From Octopus vulgaris (taxonomy: Eukaryota): DNA of 64,000 nt. The stretch is taken from positions 202,368,001 to 202,432,000 of the forward strand of contig OX597814.1 of NCBI GenBank assembly GCA_951406725.2. The letters run 5' to 3'. This document shows positions 27,009 to 40,884 of the stretch, piece by piece. The position numbers and the translations under genes are program-made. Every line of letters begins with the position of its first letter. Position 1 is the stretch's first letter. The notes beneath the pieces are model-generated. The model saw nothing but the letters and a program-made list of their open reading frames with translations, did no database searches and was not told where the DNA came from.

Positions 27009-27114
27009 GGTAAATATATCTGTTAAAATGAGATGTCAGTGTTATTTTCATTTTTGCGTAATTTAGACAATAATTTATTCACCGCACTCTGTATGTGTGT
27101 TTGTGTGTGTGTGT

Positions 27115-27187
<73 letters not shown>

Positions 27188-27762
27188 GTGTGTGTTAGCG
27201 TGCGTGTGTGCTGTTTACGTTCCCCATAATCTAGCGGTTTGGCATAAGTGATCGACAGAGTAAGTATCAACATTAAAAATAAAAGAAAATTGTTGGGGTC
27301 GATTCATTTGACTAAAAATTCTTCAAAGCGCTGCCCCAGCATGACCACATTCTAATGACTGAAACAAGTAAAAGATAAAAGATATAGTTGGGCTCACCAA
27401 AGTATATTGATTAGTCTCCGCTAATCGAACACTTTTATTGAGCTTCCATTGTTTTGCGGTATTTTAAAATCCAGATGATAAGATATTAAAGCTGATTTGG
27501 AAGAAGAAAGGCAAACATCACTAAAGCTCAATATTAACAGACGCGATACAGATCATAAATTTGAGAATCATAGCTGTGCCACGGCGGTTATGTAGGGTTA
27601 TGGCACCAATCTGTCTTTTATTCACAGATTAACGACAGTCGTCAAATGTTCATAGAATAAATATATTTTGCAGACTGCCAGAGTGTGTTAAGAAAGAATT
27701 TCTTTGTTGATTTTCATAAAGAAGAGCCCGTGTTCTTGTCAGATTCTTTAGTCTGGTGAAGT

Positions 27763-27818
27763 GGCTTTGACTGAGGAGACACAAAATTTAGGTCGAAACA
27801 CAATGGTGTCTCAACGTC
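27763..27818 (+). ncRNA. Canonical type I hammerhead ribozyme
   Basis: ggct ttga CTGAGGA gac(acaaaatttag)gtc GAAA cac(aatg)gtg TC^ tcaa cgtc: complete core, three stems, GUC triplet, predicted cut after 27810. Confidence 0.8.
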
Positions 27819-27895
27819 CTCTTATATCGGTCAATCGCATGTGTTATGGATACACATCGTCAAAGAGAAGGAGGTGTTCTTCGATGAACAGCGAT

Positions 27896-28075
27896 GTGGA
27901 GGCGCAATGGCCCAGTGGTTAGGGCAGCGGACTCGCGGTTTCGATTCCCAGACCGGGCATTGTGAGTGTTTATTGAGCAAAATCACCTAAACTCCACCAG
28001 GCTCCAGCGGGGTGTGATGGTGAACCCCGCTGTACTCTTTCCCCGCAACTTTCTCTCACTCTTTCTTCCTACTTC
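27896..28075 (+). mobile_element. SINE family C, 5' part
   Basis: A-box TGGCCCAGTGG, B-box-like GGTTTCGATTCC; homologous to 41032-41342. Confidence 0.85.
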
Positions 28076-28226
28076 TGCCACCAAGCAGAGGAACCATGGT
28101 GTAACCCACTATGGTGTGGTAAGCTTTCAGACCCTAGTCTAGATTGCGAATCCTCTGTACTCCAGGATGCTTCAGCTCTCCACCCATTAAAAACCACCGT
28201 TTACAAAATGAGGATAACAACGTAGC

Positions 28227-28490
28227 TGGCACTCCGTCGGTTACGACGACGAGAGTTCCAGTTGATCCGATCAACGGAACAGCCGGGAGCATACCGCAAA
28301 CGCACATAATCCCAAACGTAGGTCAGCAGAATGTGACAAGACTGGTCCTTTGGATTACGGTGGAACTCAGTCTTGCCAGCTGAGTGAATAAAGTGTCTTG
28401 CTCAAGGACACAATGCGCCGCCAGGAATCGAACTCACGACCTTGCGATTGTAAATGGAATGCCCTAGCCACTATGCCACGCGCCTTCACT
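28227..28490 (-). mobile_element. SINE family D (internally deleted)
   Basis: tRNA-like head at 28420-28490; 3' end ggcactccgtcggttacgacgacgag shared with 54198 and 57602. Confidence 0.8.
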
Positions 28491-28583
28491 ATGTTCAGAC
28501 CTAAGAGAGCAAAGGACAACCGACAACAGCGAGACGACTAGATATAAAAGATCCACAGATAACAAGCCTATCAAAGATATATT

Positions 28584-28966
28584 TATTTCTTTATTGCCCA
28601 CAAGGAGCTAAACATAGAGGGACAGACAAAGGGATTAAGTCGATAACATCGACCCCAGTGTGTAACTGTAACTTATCGACCCTGAAAGGATGAAAGGCAA
28701 AGTCGACTTCAGAACGTAACGGCAGACGAAATACCTATTTCATTACTACCCACGAGGGGCTAAACATAGAGGGGACAAACAAGGACAGACAAACGGAATA
28801 AGTCGATTACATCGACCCCAGTGCGTAACTGGTACTTAATTTATCGACCCCGAAAGGATGAAAGGCGAAGTCGACCTCGGCGGAATTTGAACTCAGAACG
28901 TAACGGCAGACGAAATACGGCTACGAATTTCGCCCGGCTGCTAACGTTTCTGCCAGTTCGCCGCCT
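28584..28966 (-). mobile_element. SINE family B dimer with 17-bp TSD
   Basis: cctatcaaagatatatt 28567-28583 / cctatcaaaaatatatt 28968-28984. Confidence 0.9.
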
Positions 28967-29029
28967 TCCTATCAAAAATATATTCTCATCGTCAGCTGTT
29001 AAACCTTATATTATTTAATAACGATAAAC

Positions 29030-29334
29030 GTCGCCCTTTTCAAGTCTAGCCAGGCTCATGGGCCCAGTTTCCCTGTTTCTGTGGCGTAAGTGGTCCTCCC
29101 AGCTGGACGGGACGCCAGTCCATCACAGCGTTACTCAAGAAACAGGAAGAGAGAGTGAGAGGAAGTTGTGGCGAAAGAGTACAACAGGGGTCGCCACCAC
29201 CCCCTGCCGGAGCATCGTGGAGCTTTGAGGTGTTTCCGCTCAATAAACACACACAACGCCCGGCCTGGGAATCGTAACCGCGATCCTCCGACCGCGCGTC
29301 CGCTGCCCTAACCACTGGGCCATTGCGCCTCCAT
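29030..29334 (-). mobile_element. SINE family C, full length
   Basis: Reverse complement of 41032-41342. Confidence 0.9.
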
Positions 29335-30117
29335 ATTATTTAATAATAGCGGGGGAAGAATATTGTGAAAAAAAGACCAAGATAGAAGAGGAGGGACGTA
29401 AAATACGAAATCCAAATATATTTGATTGCAACACATACGAAACTCTGCGAAATAGAAATTGTTCCGTATTTTGTTTACAGGAAAAAAAGTTTCTCGTTTA
29501 AAAGATAAAAATCCATTGTTTCTTATTTTTCTAATGAGATAAACCTCATCGTTAAGGGATATTTTCCGTGCAATTCGTTAACTTAAAAGATAGTATTTCA
29601 AATACACAAACGCAACTATGCAATCATGCATGGCTGCATATGTATGTATGTATATATCTATGCATGTATCTACGTGTGTATGTAGGTATATGCCTGTGTG
29701 TCTGCGTATATATATATCTATGTACATATATATATATATCTATGTATATATATATATATATATGTATATATGCAAACACAAACACACACATGTACATAAA
29801 TATACGGGCACACGCACACACACATATAAAGGGTGTTTGCGTTTATCTTTTCAAGAAATATCCTGCACCTCCAATCCACATGGCACCATATATCTCCAAT
29901 AATCTAACTACTGACTGTTAGTAATTCTTACTTAAACACCGATTGCGATAGTTCTAATGAAAATTAATATTTCTTTAGTCAACTAAAAGAGAGATAACAG
30001 TTTATCTCAAGGAAACTTCAATATCAGGCAATCAAGAATTGATTGTCTTTTCGAAATAATTTACACTTATTTAAAACTGGTGGCAAGTCAATTACTTTTA
30101 AATATAAACTCTGATTA

Positions 30118-30654
30118 AGGCAGCGAGCTGGCAGAAACGTTAGCACGCCGGGCGAAATGCTTATCGCACCGAGGTCGACTTTGCCTATCATCCTTTCGGG
30201 GTCGATAAATTAAATACCAGTTACGCACTGGGGTGCATGTAATCGACTTAACCCCTTTGTCTGTCCTTGTTTGTCCCCTCTATGTTTAGCCCCTTGTGGG
30301 CAATAAAGAAATAAGAAACGTCAGCACGCCGGGCGAAATGCTTATTGGTATTTCGTCTGCCTTTACGTTCTGAGTTCAAATTCTGCCGAGGTCGACTTTG
30401 CCTTTCATCCCTTCGGAGTCGATTAAATTTTTTACCAGTTACGCACTGGGGTCGATATAATCGACTTAATCAGTTTGTCTGCGCTTGTTTGTCCCCTCTG
30501 TGTTTAGCCCCTTGTGGGTAGTAAAGAAATAGGTATTTCCTCTGTTTTGTCGTTCTGAGTTCAAATCCCGCTGAGGTTGACTTTGGCTTTCATCCTTTCG
30601 TGGTCGATAAATTAAGTACCAAAAATTTCGCGCTTTGTACCTAGAATAGAAAAG
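30118..30654 (+). mobile_element. SINE family B trimer with 17-bp TSD
   Basis: aatataaactctgatta 30101-30117 / aatataaactccgatta 30655-30671. Confidence 0.9.
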
Positions 30655-30959
30655 AATATAAACTCCGATTATTTAACAGAAATTGATAACAAAACAAATG
30701 CTATCCTCAAAATTATTTTCTGTAAAGAGATATTTAGAAGCATTGAATTAACAGACTGATTGGTAAGTAGGATAACATTCTTCGGAGGAATTGGTAAGGC
30801 ATTCAATGCTCTGAGTTCAAATCGTGCCAAGGTCATTTTTTGCCTTTTACCTTTTGAGGATTAATAAAATAAAACTACGAGTCTAGAATGCTGGGTTATT
30901 GGAATTGTTGAAGTACAAGGTATCTGTTCTAGGCTTTTGCGACTTCTTGTGCAACTGAC

Positions 30960-31364
30960 TTAATCCGTGTTCTGTTAATAACTTTTGTTGATAGAAACCG
31001 CTCCTAAATCTGTAATACAAATTTCTGCTTTAAAAGTCTTCTAAATTAAAAACTCCTGTCAATATTTCATGTCAGTCTAAGTTCCAAACATCAGCTTAAT
31101 AATAACAACAAAGTTATTTTAATAAATTCTATATTGTTTTCAAAATCAATTAAAACAAAGGCAGTGTGTTTCAACGGAAATACGGTAGCACAACAAGGGG
31201 CGTCGTTTTTGACACGAACCTTACCTGTGATTGCCCTTGGTTCACACTTCTTGTTTGAAAGCGATCTGAATGAGAGTCGTTTCTGATTAATTATTAATTA
31301 TTTCCAAAATTAATTGAAACGAAGGCAGTGTATTTCAAGAGGAATCTGGTAACAAAATAGTTAA
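30960..31364. mobile_element. Possible decayed piggyBac-type MITE ends
   Basis: Two direct copies of caaaat.aatt.aaac.aaggcagtgt.tttcaa...ggta (31140-31190, 31305-31364); second copy ends in TTAA. Confidence 0.35.
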
Positions 31365-31519
31365 AACCACCTCTTGGTCCTTGCGTGCCGTTTGTAGAGT
31401 CCACTTTGCTGCAAGTCATTCAGAGCAAGTCAATGGTGTAACATCGTTTCTCAGTGCCCAGACAAGATATGTATTACAGAGAGGAGACGCTATTTCTTCT
31501 TTATTATTACTACTTTTTG

Positions 31520-32340
31520 GAGACGGCGAGCTAGCAGAAATGTTAGCACGCCGAGCGAAATGCTTAGCGGTCGATATTTCGTCTGTCTTTCCGTTCTGAG
31601 TTCAAATTCCGCCGAGGACGACTTTGCCTTTCATCCTTTCGGGGTCGATTAAATAAGTACCAGTTACGCTCTGGGGTCGATATAATCGACTTAATCCGTT
31701 TGTCTGTCCTTGTTTGTCCCCTCTGTGTGTAGCCCATTGTGGGCAATAAAGAAATAATAAATGTTAGCACGCCGGGCGAAATGCTTAGCGGTCGATATTT
31801 CATCTGTCTTTGCGTTCTGAGTTCAAATTCCGCCGAGGTCAACTTTGCCTTCATTCCTTTCGGGGTCAATAAATTAAGTATTAGTTGGTTACTGGGGTCG
31901 ATCTAATCGACTGGCCCCCTCCCAAAAAATTCCGTGCCTTGTGCCTAGAGTAGAAAAGATTACTACTTTAAGAAGGCAGCGAGCTGGCAGAACCGTTAGC
32001 ACGCTGGACGAAATGCTTAGAAGTACTTAGCCCGTCGCTACGTTCTGAGTTCAAATTCCGCTGAGGTCGACTTTGCCTTCCATCCTTTCAGGGTCGATAA
32101 ATTAAGTACCAGTGAAACACTGGGAGTCGATGTAATCGACTTGTCCCCTTCCCACCAAATTTGAGGTCTTGTGACTCTAGTAGAAAGGATTATTACTATT
32201 TTAGGGTCGTGAGTTGGCAGAACCATTAGCACGCCGGTCGACTTTGCTTTTTACCCACTTTCGGGGGTCGATGAAATAAGTACCAGTTGAGCACCGGGGT
32301 CAATATAATCGACTAGGCCCCGTCCCTAGTATTTCAGGCC
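31520..32340 (+). mobile_element. SINE family B array (4 units)
   Basis: Repeated B cores separated by attactactttt-like spacers. Confidence 0.9.
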
Positions 32341-32904
32341 TTATTATCATTATCATCATTAAGGGAACGAGCTGTCACAATCACTATCGCGTCAGACATT
32401 CACTCCGGCTCTTTACGTTCCGGGTTCAGATCACACCAAGGTCGACTTAACCGTTTCATTTTTCAGCGTCGATAAGATATAGTAGCTTGCTATCTTTTAA
32501 AAATAGTTTGTTTCATATATTTATGGAGAGTGAGATTTATCTTTAAATCCGTTGTGTTCTTTGTAGTTTATTTGTATACGACTACAAAACTTCTTTAATC
32601 TTATTAACACTTTCTCCTTCTAATCCTAATAACTTCCTTAACACTATCAAGTAGAGAGTAGCTTAAAAGATTCCTTTTAACCGTTTAGTCAGGAAAAGCA
32701 ACACCCATGAACATTTATTGCTTTTTTTGTTTTGTATTTGTTGTTTTTTCTTCAGAAACTCCAAGACAAATGAGCTGAAGAGACGATTTTATCCATAACA
32801 CGGAAACTTGGGCCCAGTCTGGGCGGATCAGAGAGGCGGTTATCCTGGACGCACAATTTCTTAGGTGCAGCAACTTTCAGAAGAAAGTAAATTAAAGTAG
32901 CAAT

Positions 32905-33309
32905 AAAGGCCTGAAATTTGGGGGCAAGGGGTAAGTCGATTACATTTGACCCCTGTGCTCAACTGGTATTTATTTCATCGGACCCGAAAGGGAATGAATG
33001 TCAAAGTCGACCTCGGCAGATTTTGAAATCACGACGTAAAGATAGACGAAATATAGTTAAGCATTTTATCTGGCGTGCTAAAGATTCTGCCAGCTCACAG
33101 CCGTACTACTACTAATAATAATAGTTTTCGGGAAGGAGATAAGACGATTACGTTCGACCCCAGTGTTCAACTGGTACTTATTTTATCGATCCCTAAAGGA
33201 TGAAAGGCCAAGTCAACCTCGGCAGAATTTGTAATCAGAAAGTTAAAACGCACGAAATGCCGCTAAGCGTTTTATCTGGCGTGCTAAAGATTCTGCCAGC
33301 TCGCCGCCT

Positions 33310-33310
<1 letters not shown>
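32905..33310 (-). mobile_element. SINE family B, two diverged units
   Basis: Reverse complement of the B consensus. Confidence 0.8.
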
Positions 33311-33385
<75 letters not shown>

Positions 33386-33590
33386 GGTGGTGGTGGTGGT
33401 GGTGGTAGGAGGAAGAGGAAGAAGAAGAAGAAGAAGAAGAAGAAGAAGAAGAAGAAGAAGAAGAAGGAGAAGAAGTAGAAGAAGAAGAAGAAGAAGAAGA
33501 AGAAGAAGAAGAAGAAGAAGAAGAAGAAGAAGAAGAAGAAGAAGAAGAAGAAGAAGAAGAAGAAGAAGAAGAAGAAGAAGAAGAAGAAGA
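33310..33590. repeat. Compound (TAG)n(TGG)n(AAG)n microsatellite
   Basis: Read directly from sequence. Confidence 0.95.
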
Positions 33591-33619
33591 AAAGGGGTGA
33601 TGATGGGAAAGAAACAATA

Positions 33620-34057
33620 AATTATTGTCTCTGTTTGCCCAGTCCTGGCTAAGAAGGAATATATATCCACAGATATGACAAGAGTTGGGACCTATATACA
33701 CTGGAAGCTATGCCAATGCTATGGAATATATGGAATAACAATAGGGAAAAAAATGGTATCGGCATATCCTAGAAAAGGTCTCGGAAAATTACAAGGCGAC
33801 CATACTCCTTAAACAACCCTTATTCAGGGACCTTTTGAACAGGGTGAGCCACATGACCCACAGAAAATTCTAACTTGGCCATACCTGCAAGGTCATGCGC
33901 TGTTTATCTTGATATGAGATCACCATGTCGCACACATATGGTTGTGATTCATGTGCCTAGTGTACCCTTATCAGACAGGTGGTCATGGTGGGTATACTAG
34001 GGTTCGAATATTTGTACCCCAGTGTCACTTTTATGGCATGCGCTGCTCTCTCACTCA
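33620..34057 (+). mobile_element. Dong-like family 1 fragment fused to element E 3' half
   Basis: IVSVCPVLAKKEYIHRYD...IHWKLCQ to 33807, then cttaaacaacccttattcaggg...gctctctcactc. Confidence 0.8.
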
Positions 34058-34499
34058 TTAACAATAACAATATGTCATTAACAGCTTCCCCTGGGAGCTT
34101 CTACAGCACCACTAGGTGCACATCTGTGTTTGAACTGTTTATAATATTGCCTTTGGAAAGCAAAGCAAGATGTCTGCCTGTTCCATTTTAATGTTCTGTG
34201 TTCTCAGTTTTGTGTTGTTGTTTCAAGTGTTGTCGTAGTGATATGTTCATGGAGTGTGTAAGGATATGCACTGTGTACTGTGTGCGCTCTCGTGTCTCAT
34301 TGGATAGCCATTGTGCTGCATCGGTTCTGAGTGAGTTATCTTATAATGTTGGAAGATGATTGTACTGAAAATGTACTGCGTGGATTCTGTTATTGATTTC
34401 AACGTTTTGAATATAGAGTGAATTGTATTCTGATAGGAGGCGCTTTTTCTTACTTTTTGACCGTGTGAGAATTTTTCTGGCTTTTACACGAATATATAT

Positions 34500-34503
34500 A
34501 TAG

Positions 34504-34583
<80 letters not shown>

Positions 34584-34986
34584 AAAGAGAGAGAGATAGA
34601 GTGAGAGAGAGACAGAGAAACAGATAGATAGATAGATAGATAAATGGATACATACATACATGCATTCATACATTTACACATACATACATACATACTTACA
34701 TGCATACATACACATATACATACATGCATACATACATGCATACATACATACATATGTACATACATTCATACATACATGCATACATACATACATACATGCA
34801 TACATACATACATACACACATACATACACACATACATGCATACATACATACACACATACAAACATACATACATGCATACATACATACATACATACATGCA
34901 TACATACATACAAACATACATGCATACATACATACATACATACATACATACATACATACATACATACATACATACATACATACATG

Positions 34987-35017
<31 letters not shown>
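34500..35017. repeat. (GATA)n/(GA)n/(CATA)n/(CA)n compound microsatellite
   Basis: Read directly from sequence. Confidence 0.95.
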
Positions 35018-35385
35018 GTACGTCTTTCTGCTTGCATTCATGTCCTTTCTCATTCTCAGTGCATCCAATGACCGAAAATGTTTCCTCTTTTTTTGAATAC
35101 TCTTCCCGCCATCATCATCACCACAGCAGCCATCATTCCGATGCCCTTGTACTTCGATAACATGGTGGATTTCTGCTACATTTTCTTTTCCTTTTTTACT
35201 TTTGTTTGTTTATTTGTTGTGATGCATTGATTCAAATAAACTAAAATACCTTTCACTGGAAGTAGATTCCATTCCTGTCTTTGATTTTATCTGAAATTTT
35301 TACTTCGATTTCTTTGCCAATCTCAACTGTCATATCCCAGATTCTAATAGCCAAGGAACTGTCATACGCCAGATTAGGCACATGG

Positions 35386-35685
<300 letters not shown>

Positions 35686-35691
35686 TTTAAT

Positions 35692-36110
35692 AAGGCGGTA
35701 AGCTGGCAGAATCGTTAGCGCCCTGGACGAAATGCTTAGTGGTATTTCGCCCGTTGCTGCATTCTGGGTTCAAATTCCACCGAGGTCGACTTCGCCTTTT
35801 ATCCTTTCAGGGTCGATAAATTTAGTACCAGTGAAACACTGGAGTCGATGTGATCGACTCATCCCCACCCCTCCAAATTGCTGCCCTTGTGATAAAATTT
35901 GAAGCCATTACTATTATTTTTACTAAGGCGATGAGCTTGTAGAATCGTTAGCTCACCGGAATTTCGTCCGTCCCCACTTTCTGAGTTTAAATTCCTTGGA
36001 GATCGACTTTGCCTTTTATCCTTTCGTATCGATAGAATAAGTTCCAGTTGAGTACTGTGGTCGATGTAATCGATGTATTCCCTCTCCCGTACTTGATGGC
36101 CTTGTCCAAT
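35692..36110 (+). mobile_element. SINE family B, two units
   Basis: B head and core occur twice. Confidence 0.85.
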
Positions 36111-36834
36111 GTTTGTCTCCAATATCATGATCGCAACAATTTGATTCTATTTCGTTTTTGTATTTGGTTTGCAAGATTCTTTATGTGAAGTCATGTGTTG
36201 AAACATATTTTATTGTGTCTAGGGAGGGTCATTCTTTTTTAGGGCTTTATTACTTAACACACTCACCGGTTCGATTTACACTCATTTACTTTGCAACACA
36301 ACGAAAATTGTATAAATAAGTAAACGAGTGGAAATCGAACCAGTGTGTGTGTTAAGTAATAAGGCACTAAAAGCGAATGACTCTCCTCAGACACAATAAA
36401 ATTTAGTTTTAGTTTTTCCTTCACCATCAGGTAACTTTCATGTTCTTCAGTCACATGTAGCATTAGCTTTTGGAAATAGGTGAAGAATTACATTTGTTAC
36501 ACCTGTCTTTGCTGTGAGTAGGTTTTGTTGTTATTGTTGTTTCTGGTGATATTTTAACGTTTCACCTGTTTGACAGCCTTGAATGTGTGCTGTATGTATT
36601 ATGCTATTTTGTCGGGCGGCGACCGTGTTATTGTGTGCGTTGAGAGAGTTATACATTGTTTTGTAGTGCCGTGTGACGGAGCAGCGGTTCATAACGATCT
36701 TTTACCGACGGGGCCCTTTGATTACTATTTTTACAGATACTTCTTTCAAAATTCTTGTTTTGTTTTTCACTTATTCACATGTGAAAGTTTGTAATAACAC
36801 TTTCTGAGAGAACATGTTTCAATAGCCAGAAATA

Positions 36835-37226
36835 TATTTCTTTATTGCCCACAAGGGGCTAAACATAGAGGGGGCAAACAAGGACAGACAAACAGATTAA
36901 GTCGATTACATCGACCCCAGTGCGTAACTGGTACTTATTTAATCGACCCCGAAAGGATGGAAGGCAAAGTCGACTTCGGCGGAATTTGAACTCAGACCGT
37001 AACGGCAGACGAAATACCTATTTCTTTACTACCCACAAGGGGCTACACACAGAGAGGACAAACAAGAACAGACAAACGGATTAAGTCGATTATATCGACC
37101 CCAATGCGTAACTGGTACTTATTTAATCGACCCCAAAAGGATGAAAGGTAAAGTCGACCTCGGCGGAATTTGAACTCAGAACGAAGCGGCAGACGAAATA
37201 CCGCTAAGCATTTCGCCCGGCGTGCT
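36835..37226 (-). mobile_element. SINE family B dimer
   Basis: Junction cgaaatacc|tatttcttt at about 37018. Confidence 0.9.
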
Positions 37227-38417
37227 TCAAGCGTGAGAGAAAGAAACCTGGCTACCAATACGTCTGGATCCTTAAAGTATTACGTAGGCCCTCATATCAC
37301 TATTTTGCTTGTATTGACACCCGGTCCACGAAAAATGTTATACGGATCGCGAGGGAGTGATAGAGACCTCGGTTGTGAACCACTGGTGTTGGGTAAATGT
37401 GTTAGTTACGTTATATCATTTTAGTAGTTGTATAGGATTAGGTCTAATTTTAGCAGCACAGGATCGATATTTAATCACAAAAAAAACTATAAGAAGAAAA
37501 ATATTGTAACAAGAGGCTGACATCAAGCGCAGGCCATCCAATCGATAATCGGTAGAATGAGTCAGATGACTACAGTGTTTGCAAAGTCAGACATACCGTG
37601 TATGTCAGTTCTTTTGTCATACTGGACAATATGTCGACACTTTGACATGAAATTTGAGAAGTGATGTATTCACATAACAAACTTAGTATTGGTTGACGAT
37701 CTGGCTACAATAATCTAGGACATGTCAGTTCAGACTGACAACAGAGATGAAGATGAAGCATCCAGATATAATTTTCAAAAGATCAGGAGCAAAAAATATC
37801 TGGTCGAGAAGAGACAGGGATGTCTGATAAACATATCAATTGCTTCTGATCATATCACGTGGTTCTGGGTTCAGTCTCACTGCGTAGAACCTTGAGCAAA
37901 TGTCTTCTAATATAGCCTCGGACTGACAAATACTTTGTGTGTGGCTTTGTAGACGGAAACTGAAAGTAGCTCGTCGTATGTATATGTTTGTGCCTTTGTG
38001 TCTGTGTTTGTCCTCCACCACCTCTTGTTAAACGGTGTTGGTGTGTTTACGCCCCGTGAATAAGCGGTTCAGCAAAAGAGACCGCTAGAATAAGAAACTG
38101 GCTTTAAAAAGGACTGGGGTTGATTTATTCGGCATTACAAAATTCCTCAAAGTGGTGCCCCAGTATGGCCGCAGTATAATGATTGAAACAGGTAAAAGAA
38201 GACAAAAGACGGAAAGAAGTAAAAAAAAATATCAAAACCCAACGATTTTGAAATTAAAAAAATATACTGAATATTGGATAAAGCCAACTGTTATTTGTGA
38301 GCAAATAAAGCTTAGTAATATGTGTCATGCTTTTGCTAATTGTTTTAGGTGCCTGTACAATCGCGTGCAGACACAGATACCCTCTCAGTCCTCCTACACT
38401 TGGCCCAGGAGAATATA

Positions 38418-38833
38418 TATTTCTTTACTGCCCACAAGGGGCTAAACATAGAGGGGACAAACAAGGACAGACAAATGAATTAACTCGATTACATCGATCC
38501 CAGTACGTAACTGGTATTTTTTTTATCGACCCCGAAAGGATGAAAGGCAAAGTCGACCTCGGCGGAATTTGAACTCAGAACTTAACGACAGACGAAATAC
38601 CTATTTCTTTATTACCCACAAGGGGCTAAACATAGAGGGGACAAACAAGGACAGACATAGGTATCAAGTCGATTACATCGACCCCAGTGCGTAACTGGTA
38701 TTTTTTTTATCGACCCCGAAAGGATGAAAGGTAAAGTCGACCTCGGCGGAATTTGAACTCAGAACGTAACGACAAACGAAACGCCGCTAAGCATTTCGCC
38801 CGGCGCGCTAACGTTTCTGCCAGCTAGCCGCCC
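38418..38833 (-). mobile_element. SINE family B dimer
   Basis: Same junction at about 38601. Confidence 0.9.
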
Positions 38834-39218
38834 TGCAGAATATCGAAGATATGACCGCTAGACGGAGAGGAAGGGCTGCACCAACAACAGGTTATTACCC
38901 ATTTAGAGCTAAGCAAAATGGGCCAACGTAAAAAGAAGAGCTTTAGTGAAAGACACAATCTGCTACCCAGCCCAGAAATTGAGTCCATAATATTATGATC
39001 ATGAGCTAGACATCATAGCGGCGAAGCTATCCGCTTTCACAGGATGTAAGGTACGGTAAAAAGAAATAGTACTAATGAAAATTTGCACTCGAGATCTTGT
39101 AACCTCGTACTCGAAATTTTATCAGACAGGTAGTCATGATGGGTATACTAGGCTTCGTATATTATACGTCAATGTCATTTTGATGGCATGCACTGCTCTC
39201 TCACTCAATAATAATAAT

Positions 39219-39273
<55 letters not shown>

Positions 39274-39279
39274 GTAGTA

Positions 39280-39326
<47 letters not shown>

Positions 39327-39549
39327 TATCCTTTCTACTATAGACACAAAGCCTGCAATTTGGGGGGAGAGTACTAGTCGATTACATCGACCCCAGTGCG
39401 TAACTGGTACTTATTTAATCGACCCCGAAAGTATGAAAGGCAAAGTCGACCTCGGCAGAATTTGAACGTAGCGGCATATGAAATACCGCTAAGCATTTCG
39501 ACCGGCGTGCTAACAATCCTTCCAGCTTGTTACCTTAATAATAATAATG

Positions 39550-39580
<31 letters not shown>

Positions 39581-39582
<2 letters not shown>

Positions 39583-40068
39583 TGTTATCATGTACATTAT
39601 TTTGTCTTGGTATAAAAGATGGGCTACAGCAAATATTCTGCTCAATACCACAGATTTGCTTGTGAGTTGTTTGACCTTAACCAGTTGAGCATGTCCTTTA
39701 GTGGCTGACAATATGTGCTTCTCTGATCACGAGCAGAAGTAGTGGGGGAGCATCATAGCCATGGATTCTTTGGGGTTTGAATAGTTCACCTCTGGAAACA
39801 TGGGTGGTTCTTTCAACATCCTTAAACAACCCTTATTCAGGGACCTTTTGAGCGGGATGGGCTACTCAACCTGAAGAAAATTCTAACTGGGCCCCACCTG
39901 CAAGGTCATGCGCTGTTTATCTTGATATGAGATCACCATGTCGCGCACATATGGTTGTGATGCATGTGCCTGGTGTACCCTTATCAGACGGGTAGTCATG
40001 ATGGGTATATTGGGCTTCGTATATTTTACCCCAGTGTCACTTTGATGGCATGAACTGCTCTCTCACTC
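39581..40068 (+). mobile_element. Element E
   Basis: Homologous to 23427-23871; (TAA)n on both sides; short 3' fragment also at 39121-39206. Confidence 0.85.
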
Positions 40069-40116
<48 letters not shown>

Positions 40117-40516
40117 CTAATTGTTAAAACGGTGTTTAATATGTTTCATATTTATTTCATAGTAATAAAGATTAAAAAATTCCAATTATATAAATGTATT
40201 CCAATCTTATCTTAATTGATCTTATCGTCTTATATTGAATTTTAATAATTTATGGAAATCCGATCAGTTTTTTTTTCCAATCTAAAAGTTTTTCGCTTCA
40301 TATATTTATTTATTTATTTATTTATTTATTTATTTCCTTATTCCAAAATATGCTTTCAATCAAAGCCGGTGATGGGACATACAAAGGAATCCAATCAACA
40401 TCTTACATCTTTCTCTCTTCCCCCCTCTCTGTCTCTCTGTCTCCCTCTCTCTCTCTCTCACTCACTCTTTCCCACCCACTTTCACTTTCACTTTCTTTCG
40501 CTCTCTCTGTATATAT

Positions 40517-40623
<107 letters not shown>

Positions 40624-40884
40624 GTGTATATGTATATATATGCATATGTATATATATATGTGTATGCGTATGTGCACACACACGTGTGTGTGTGTGTGTG
40701 TGTCATTGTAAAACATTCTAATTTGAAAAAAAATTTCTGAGTACATTCATAATCCTATCACCCACTTTTCTTATTTGAAAAACTGTATCTCTCTGATTTG
40801 AAAAAGAAAACTCTGATTTCTAAAAAAAAAAAAAAAAAAAAATAATAAAAGAGTAAAATACTTATCTAATTTCCTGACATAATA

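Noticed and set aside
28821-29018. Recurrent peptide IYRPRKDERQSRPRRNLNSER as a multigene family
   Set aside because: Antisense translation of SINE B; the frame is broken freely among copies.
31520-32340. CRISPR-like repeat-spacer array
   Set aside because: Units are about 200-bp SINEs, without regular unique spacers or cas genes, in a eukaryotic context.
32774-32815. CTGAAGA...GAAAC hammerhead-like motif
   Set aside because: No stem II closing pair and no convincing stems I or III.
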